DNA from: Candidatus Delongbacteria bacterium
GTDB lineage: Bacteria > CAIWAD01
Length of the DNA: 64,000 nt
Direction of reading: 5' to 3'
Assembly: GCA_963663545.1 (NCBI GenBank)
Contig: OY760505.1
Span: 1 to 64,000, forward strand
Of this stretch, positions 59,735 to 64,000 are shown one piece after another. The notes beneath the pieces are model-generated. The model worked only from the letters and a program-made list of their open reading frames with translations, had not been told where the DNA came from and did no database searches. The translations under genes and the position numbers were made by a program. Each line of letters begins with the position of its first letter. Positions within the stretch are counted from its first letter, which is position 1.

Positions 59735-60136
59735 GTGGAACGAAAAGACCTGTTTACTGTGGTGTTCGAGTCCATCGAACGGGACCTGGCCTACTACCGG
59801 GGACGGCAGATCAATGCACATTTCTACATGATCGGTTGTCAGGTGGTGCTCCTGGTTGCCTACATGGCCAACAGTACGCAGGGGAATTTGATTCTGCGCA
59901 TCCTCTTCACCCTTGGCTTCGGCTTCATCGCACGCATCAGCCTGATGGTCACCAAGAGCTTTCTGGAACGGGTGCACGACTTGTGGCGCAGGCGCGAGCT
60001 CTTGTTGAAACAGCAGGGGCTGCCCGAGGAGCTGGAGTTGCAGCTTCTGCATCGCCAGCCCTCCATCAGTCACCTGGGCGACCAGGCCTCGGTGATTGTA
60101 GCTGTGCTTTTCATCGCCATGTGCTGGCTGACCTGA
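59735..60136 (+). CDS. Hypothetical membrane protein
   Basis: RBS AAGGAGA before GTG 59735; three hydrophobic segments. Confidence 0.6.
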   Translation: MERKDLFTVVFESIERDLAYYRGRQINAHFYMIGCQVVLLVAYMANSTQGNLILRILFTLGFGFIARISLMVTKSFLERVHDLWRRRELLLKQQGLPEELELQLLHRQPSISHLGDQASVIVAVLFIAMCWLT

Positions 60137-60144
60137 ATCAATTC

Positions 60145-62040
60145 CTAGCGCTTTTCTATACGCACGAGTACAGCTGCCTCGTAGGCTCCCAGCTCAAGGC
60201 GCAGACTGCCATCAACCGCGCTTTTCATACGTCCGCCCTTGATAGCGTTGTACCACTCGCCTTCAGCTCCCGGACGCAGCTCGGTCTGGGCCAAACGGTT
60301 TGCCGGATTCATCACCACAACCACCCATTCGTCGCCCATGTAGCGCTCAAAAGCGTAGAGTCCGGTGTCGTCGTCCATGATCAGCGCATGGTAGTGGCCG
60401 CGCCGCAGTGCGATTTCCATGTTGCGAATGTGAATAAGCTTCTCGTACCACTTGCGCAGTTCGGCGTTGTAGCGGACCGGACACGCTTTTGGGCGTGGCG
60501 TACCGTCCGGCAGCAGCGTCTCGTCCTCATATGAGTAGTCGGGCCAGACCATGGGCTTGCGGCAATCGGGATCGTTGGCGCCCCACATACCAGCTTCGTC
60601 GCCGTAATACACCATTGGCGCACCTGGACAGGTCATCTGCAGCAGCAGCGCCATCTTGATGACTGCAGTATCGATGCGACCTGGAGCAGAGGTGTCGAAG
60701 TCGGGATTGCCGGATTGCGACCAACCGAAATAGGTGCCCCAATCGCGGAATGCGGGCCCACCGCCGTTTTTCACCTGGCTGGCCAAACGGGCAGAGTCAT
60801 GACTGTCCAGCAGATTTTGCATCACACTCAACCCCGGCTCGCCGAAGGCCTTGATCATCTCCTGCATGCGCTGGTCGAAGCTCGTGGGGGAGGGGGTCTT
60901 ACTTCTATCGTAGAGGAATTCAGCGACGGCAAAGGCGAAGTTGTAGTTCATCATTGCGTCGAACTCGTCGCCCTCGAGATAGGGTAAAAGCTCCGGCAAC
61001 GGTTCGATGACTTCGGCTACCAGGTAGGCCTGAGGATTGAGGCTGCGTACGTGAGCGCGCCACTTTTTCCAGAAGGGGTGTGATATACAGAAGGCCACAT
61101 CCAATCGCCAGCCGTCAATACCCTCGCGAAGGACGCCGTCAACCTCAGGCTTCAGCCAGCGCTCCGTTGCAGCAAAGATATAGTCGCGTACCGGCGGCAC
61201 CAACCCTTCCGCATCCTCGCGAAGCTCCGGCAATTCGCGTACACCGAACCAGCCCTCGTAGTCCAGCTCCTTTCCTGTAGCGGAATCCGGCCAGGCCTTG
61301 ACGGTGAACCAGTCGGCAAACTCGCTGGATCTGCCCTTCTGCTGCACATCGCGAAAGGCAAAGCTGGTCATGCCGAGGTGGTTGAAAACTCCGTCCAGGA
61401 TGAGATGCATGCCGCGAGCGTGAACCTGCTCCACCAGTTCCAGCAGCAGCAAGTCGGCGCTCGTCCATTTCCAGGTAGCTGGGTCAACAGGGTTCTCGTT
61501 TGCCATCAGCGCACGATCACCGACCGGATCGGGCCCCAGGGTAGGATCAACGTGATGATAATGCGCGCCGTCGTACTTGTGACTGGAAGGCGCGGTGAAG
61601 ACCGGGTTCAAATAAAGGGCGTTTACACCCAGTTCTTCCAGATAAGGCAGCGCATCCAGGATGCCCTGAATGTCGCCTCCGTAGCGGCGGCGCTGAATAT
61701 TGTGGCCCAGATCGTGGCCGTTGGCCTTTTCGTAGTCGGCGAGCGCGTACCAGTCGCTGGTCCAGGAGTGAATCTGCCAGGGTTCGCTCGCGTCGTGCGG
61801 CCAGGCGCCTTGCTGATCGGCAAGAGTCGGATCGTTGCTTGTGTCACCATTGCGGAAGCGCTCGGGGAAGATCTGATACCAGATTGCGTCACTGGCCCAG
61901 TCAGGCAGCTGATTTTGTTGCACCATGGCGGTGTGTTCCTTTTTCGTACCGCAGGCGAGGCAAAGCAGACACAAGGGTAGGAAGATCCAAACGCTGCGAT
62001 GCGCTAGGAAAGGCTTGAACAGCGGAAAAGTGGTAGACAT
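60145..62040 (-). CDS. GH13 alpha-amylase/neopullulanase-like lipoprotein
   Basis: Lipobox CLA-C, YQIFPERF.NGD, DGVFNH, DGWRLDVA, VAE, SHD, YYGDE. Confidence 0.92.
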   Translation of the reverse strand: MSTTFPLFKPFLAHRSVWIFLPLCLLCLACGTKKEHTAMVQQNQLPDWASDAIWYQIFPERFRNGDTSNDPTLADQQGAWPHDASEPWQIHSWTSDWYALADYEKANGHDLGHNIQRRRYGGDIQGILDALPYLEELGVNALYLNPVFTAPSSHKYDGAHYHHVDPTLGPDPVGDRALMANENPVDPATWKWTSADLLLLELVEQVHARGMHLILDGVFNHLGMTSFAFRDVQQKGRSSEFADWFTVKAWPDSATGKELDYEGWFGVRELPELREDAEGLVPPVRDYIFAATERWLKPEVDGVLREGIDGWRLDVAFCISHPFWKKWRAHVRSLNPQAYLVAEVIEPLPELLPYLEGDEFDAMMNYNFAFAVAEFLYDRSKTPSPTSFDQRMQEMIKAFGEPGLSVMQNLLDSHDSARLASQVKNGGGPAFRDWGTYFGWSQSGNPDFDTSAPGRIDTAVIKMALLLQMTCPGAPMVYYGDEAGMWGANDPDCRKPMVWPDYSYEDETLLPDGTPRPKACPVRYNAELRKWYEKLIHIRNMEIALRRGHYHALIMDDDTGLYAFERYMGDEWVVVVMNPANRLAQTELRPGAEGEWYNAIKGGRMKSAVDGSLRLELGAYEAAVLVRIEKR

Positions 62041-62104
62041 GCTCGACTCCCGAAAATGACAATGCCCCAACTTACCAGCCTGAGCCGATACTTGCGCTTC
62101 TTAA

Positions 62105-62131
62105 TTGATTCCTCCCTCTGGCCGATATAAT
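62105..62131 (+). promoter_or_regulatory. Possible sigma70 promoter
   Basis: TTGATT-15 nt-TATAAT upstream of GTG 62155; spacer is short. Confidence 0.4.
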
Positions 62132-62154
62132 TGTGTCAAGCTGGAAACCAAAGT

Positions 62155-64000
62155 GTGAGACACCTCGAGAAACTGCTTCATATTCCGGATCTGGACACCG
62201 CATCAGCCGCACCTTTGCATGTGCTGGGCGAGCGCGTGTTCCATTTGCTACTCAAGGCACTTTCACTGGTAGGACTGCCGGTAGCCGTGGCACTCTTCCT
62301 GCTGTGGCGGCAACACCCTGAAGTCGCCTATCTGGGAGAAGGCCTCCTCTTCTATCTGGTACTGAACTTCTTCGCCTTCATGCCTCGCATGGACCGTCGC
62401 CTGCGCCTGTATGGTGGTCTGCTGCTGATCTGGATCGCTAGCGCCGTCAGCGTGGCCATTCAGCTTCCACTCTGCAAAGGAACCCCCTGGCAGCTGTTTT
62501 TCAGTCTTGTAACGGCGGCCTTTGGCGGTACTTGGCTGGGGATCGCTTCGGTGGGTGTGAATCTGCTGACGCTTCTGGGTGTGCCCTGGTTGCGCGATCT
62601 GAAGCCGGTCATCTGCCCACTGCAGGAGGATCTGCTGGTTGCGGCTGGTTTTCTTCTGCTCAATCTTCTGACGGTAATCAGCGTTGGTCTGCTCATTCGC
62701 TGGCTGGCGCAGAGTCTGCACGCCGAGCGCCGTCTGAGTACCGAACTGAGGTCTGCCAATCTGCGTCTGGGCGAGGAAATCGAGCGGGGGCGTCGAGCAC
62801 AGGAAGAGGTTGCCCTGAGTGAGCGTCGTTACCGCCAACTTGTGGAGCACGCACCGCTGGCAATTCTGGCGGTGGACGATGAGGGGCGGGTGCAGGAGTT
62901 CAACGAGCGTTTTCGCGAAATCGCGGGACGCGAGGCACTGGTCGAGCGAGGCGTGCACATTGGCGAGCTCTCGCGCTTATGGTCGCAGGAGAGTCGCGAC
63001 GACATGCAGCGCTGCCTCACAGAGGGGAAAAGCCTGGTCAACCAGACGCTGGTGGAGCTTTCCGGAGAAGAACGATTGCTGCGCTATCACGTGGCGCCTT
63101 GGCCGATGGGGCAGGAGCGCTTCGGCATGCTTTCCGTAGTAGAGGACGTCAGTGATCGGCGCAATCTGGAGCGTCAGCTGCTGCACGCTCAGAAAATGGA
63201 AGCCATTGGTATTCTCGCCGGTGGCATTGCCCATGACTTCAACAACATTCTCGGCGCCATTCTGGGCTATGTAGAAATGCTCCTGATCGAGCTGGGCAGC
63301 GAGGGGCGCACGGGCGACAAGTTGGTCAGTATCCAGCGTGGTGCGCTGCGAGCGCGTGATCTGGTAAGCCAGATTCTTTCCTTCAGCCGCAAGCGCGGAC
63401 AAGAAACGCGCGTTGTCGCCATTGATAGCCTGGTACGTGAAGTACTCAAGCTTTTGCGCGCCACCTTGCCCTCTACGATCGAAATCCGACAGCAGATTCA
63501 GCGCGACTTGATGCTGAACGCGGACCCGGCGCAGTTGCATCAAGTGCTGATGAACCTTTGCACCAACGCGCATCACGCCATGGCCGACAAGGGAGGTGTG
63601 CTAGAGGTAAAAACCGAGCGTCTTGAGCCTACAGATCCTCGCTTGCGCACTTTCCCGCGCCTGATGGGGCCTTGTGTCTTGTTGACTGTGAGCGACAACG
63701 GCTGCGGCATGACACCCGAGGTACGCGATCAAATCTTTCTACCCTTCTTCACCACGAAGGGAGAAGGAGTCGGCACAGGCATGGGGCTGGCTGTAGTACA
63801 TGGAATTGTCCGAACGCATGGTGGTGAGATCTACGTTGAGAGCGAGTACGGCCAGGGCACGACCTTCAGCATTATTCTGCCGCTCGCGAGGGAGAACGAG
63901 GCCACGGAAGTGGAAGCGGACAGCGGAGCTGTGCGCGTCACTTCCAATCTGCCACTGGGCAGCGAGCGTATTCTATTGGTGGACGACGAGCGGGATCTGG
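62155..64000 (+). CDS. Membrane hybrid histidine kinase (partial, runs off window)
   Basis: Open frame 1: multi-TM N-terminus, PAS, QKMEAIGILAGGIAHDFNN, NLCTNA, GTGMGL, start of receiver ILLVDDE. Confidence 0.9.
   Translation, partial: MRHLEKLLHIPDLDTASAAPLHVLGERVFHLLLKALSLVGLPVAVALFLLWRQHPEVAYLGEGLLFYLVLNFFAFMPRMDRRLRLYGGLLLIWIASAVSVAIQLPLCKGTPWQLFFSLVTAAFGGTWLGIASVGVNLLTLLGVPWLRDLKPVICPLQEDLLVAAGFLLLNLLTVISVGLLIRWLAQSLHAERRLSTELRSANLRLGEEIERGRRAQEEVALSERRYRQLVEHAPLAILAVDDEGRVQEFNERFREIAGREALVERGVHIGELSRLWSQESRDDMQRCLTEGKSLVNQTLVELSGEERLLRYHVAPWPMGQERFGMLSVVEDVSDRRNLERQLLHAQKMEAIGILAGGIAHDFNNILGAILGYVEMLLIELGSEGRTGDKLVSIQRGALRARDLVSQILSFSRKRGQETRVVAIDSLVREVLKLLRATLPSTIEIRQQIQRDLMLNADPAQLHQVLMNLCTNAHHAMADKGGVLEVKTERLEPTDPRLRTFPRLMGPCVLLTVSDNGCGMTPEVRDQIFLPFFTTKGEGVGTGMGLAVVHGIVRTHGGEIYVESEYGQGTTFSIILPLARENEATEVEADSGAVRVTSNLPLGSERILLVDDERDL

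Overview
A GC-rich (~60% by eye) bacterial chromosomal window. Several proteins end in a 'PNPFNP...SGxYxV' secretion/sorting domain, which suggests an FCB-group organism (inference). From left to right: rseC-like gene, decayed lipoprotein/outer-membrane gene fragments, an FG-GAP repeat protein, and a cobalamin-riboswitch-controlled B12 capture operon on the minus strand followed by a denV-like gene. Then parAB, a GlmU-like gene, a reordered tol-pal cluster, DUF3343-yedF and a glycosyltransferase cluster with two GT-C enzymes. Then purE, accA, yajC, def, fmt, dxr, rseP, a pmbA/tldD pair, a secreted two-repeat protein and clpC. tRNA-Leu(TAA) carries a 2.3-kb relic island bounded by a 52-bp direct repeat. 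The end holds three histidine kinases, a peroxiredoxin, a B12-binding radical SAM gene, DUF1848, an MFS transporter and a GH13 enzyme. The most striking unexplained signal is a non-palindromic motif, GTGAYAC(A). I counted about 96 copies by hand, about 71 of them the full 8-mer, against roughly 3 expected for the 8-mer from base composition. It lies on both strands, mostly inside genes, and is often spelled with otherwise rare codons (ATA, ACA), which suggests an uncharacterised sequence-recognition system. All family assignments come from motif recognition, not database searches.
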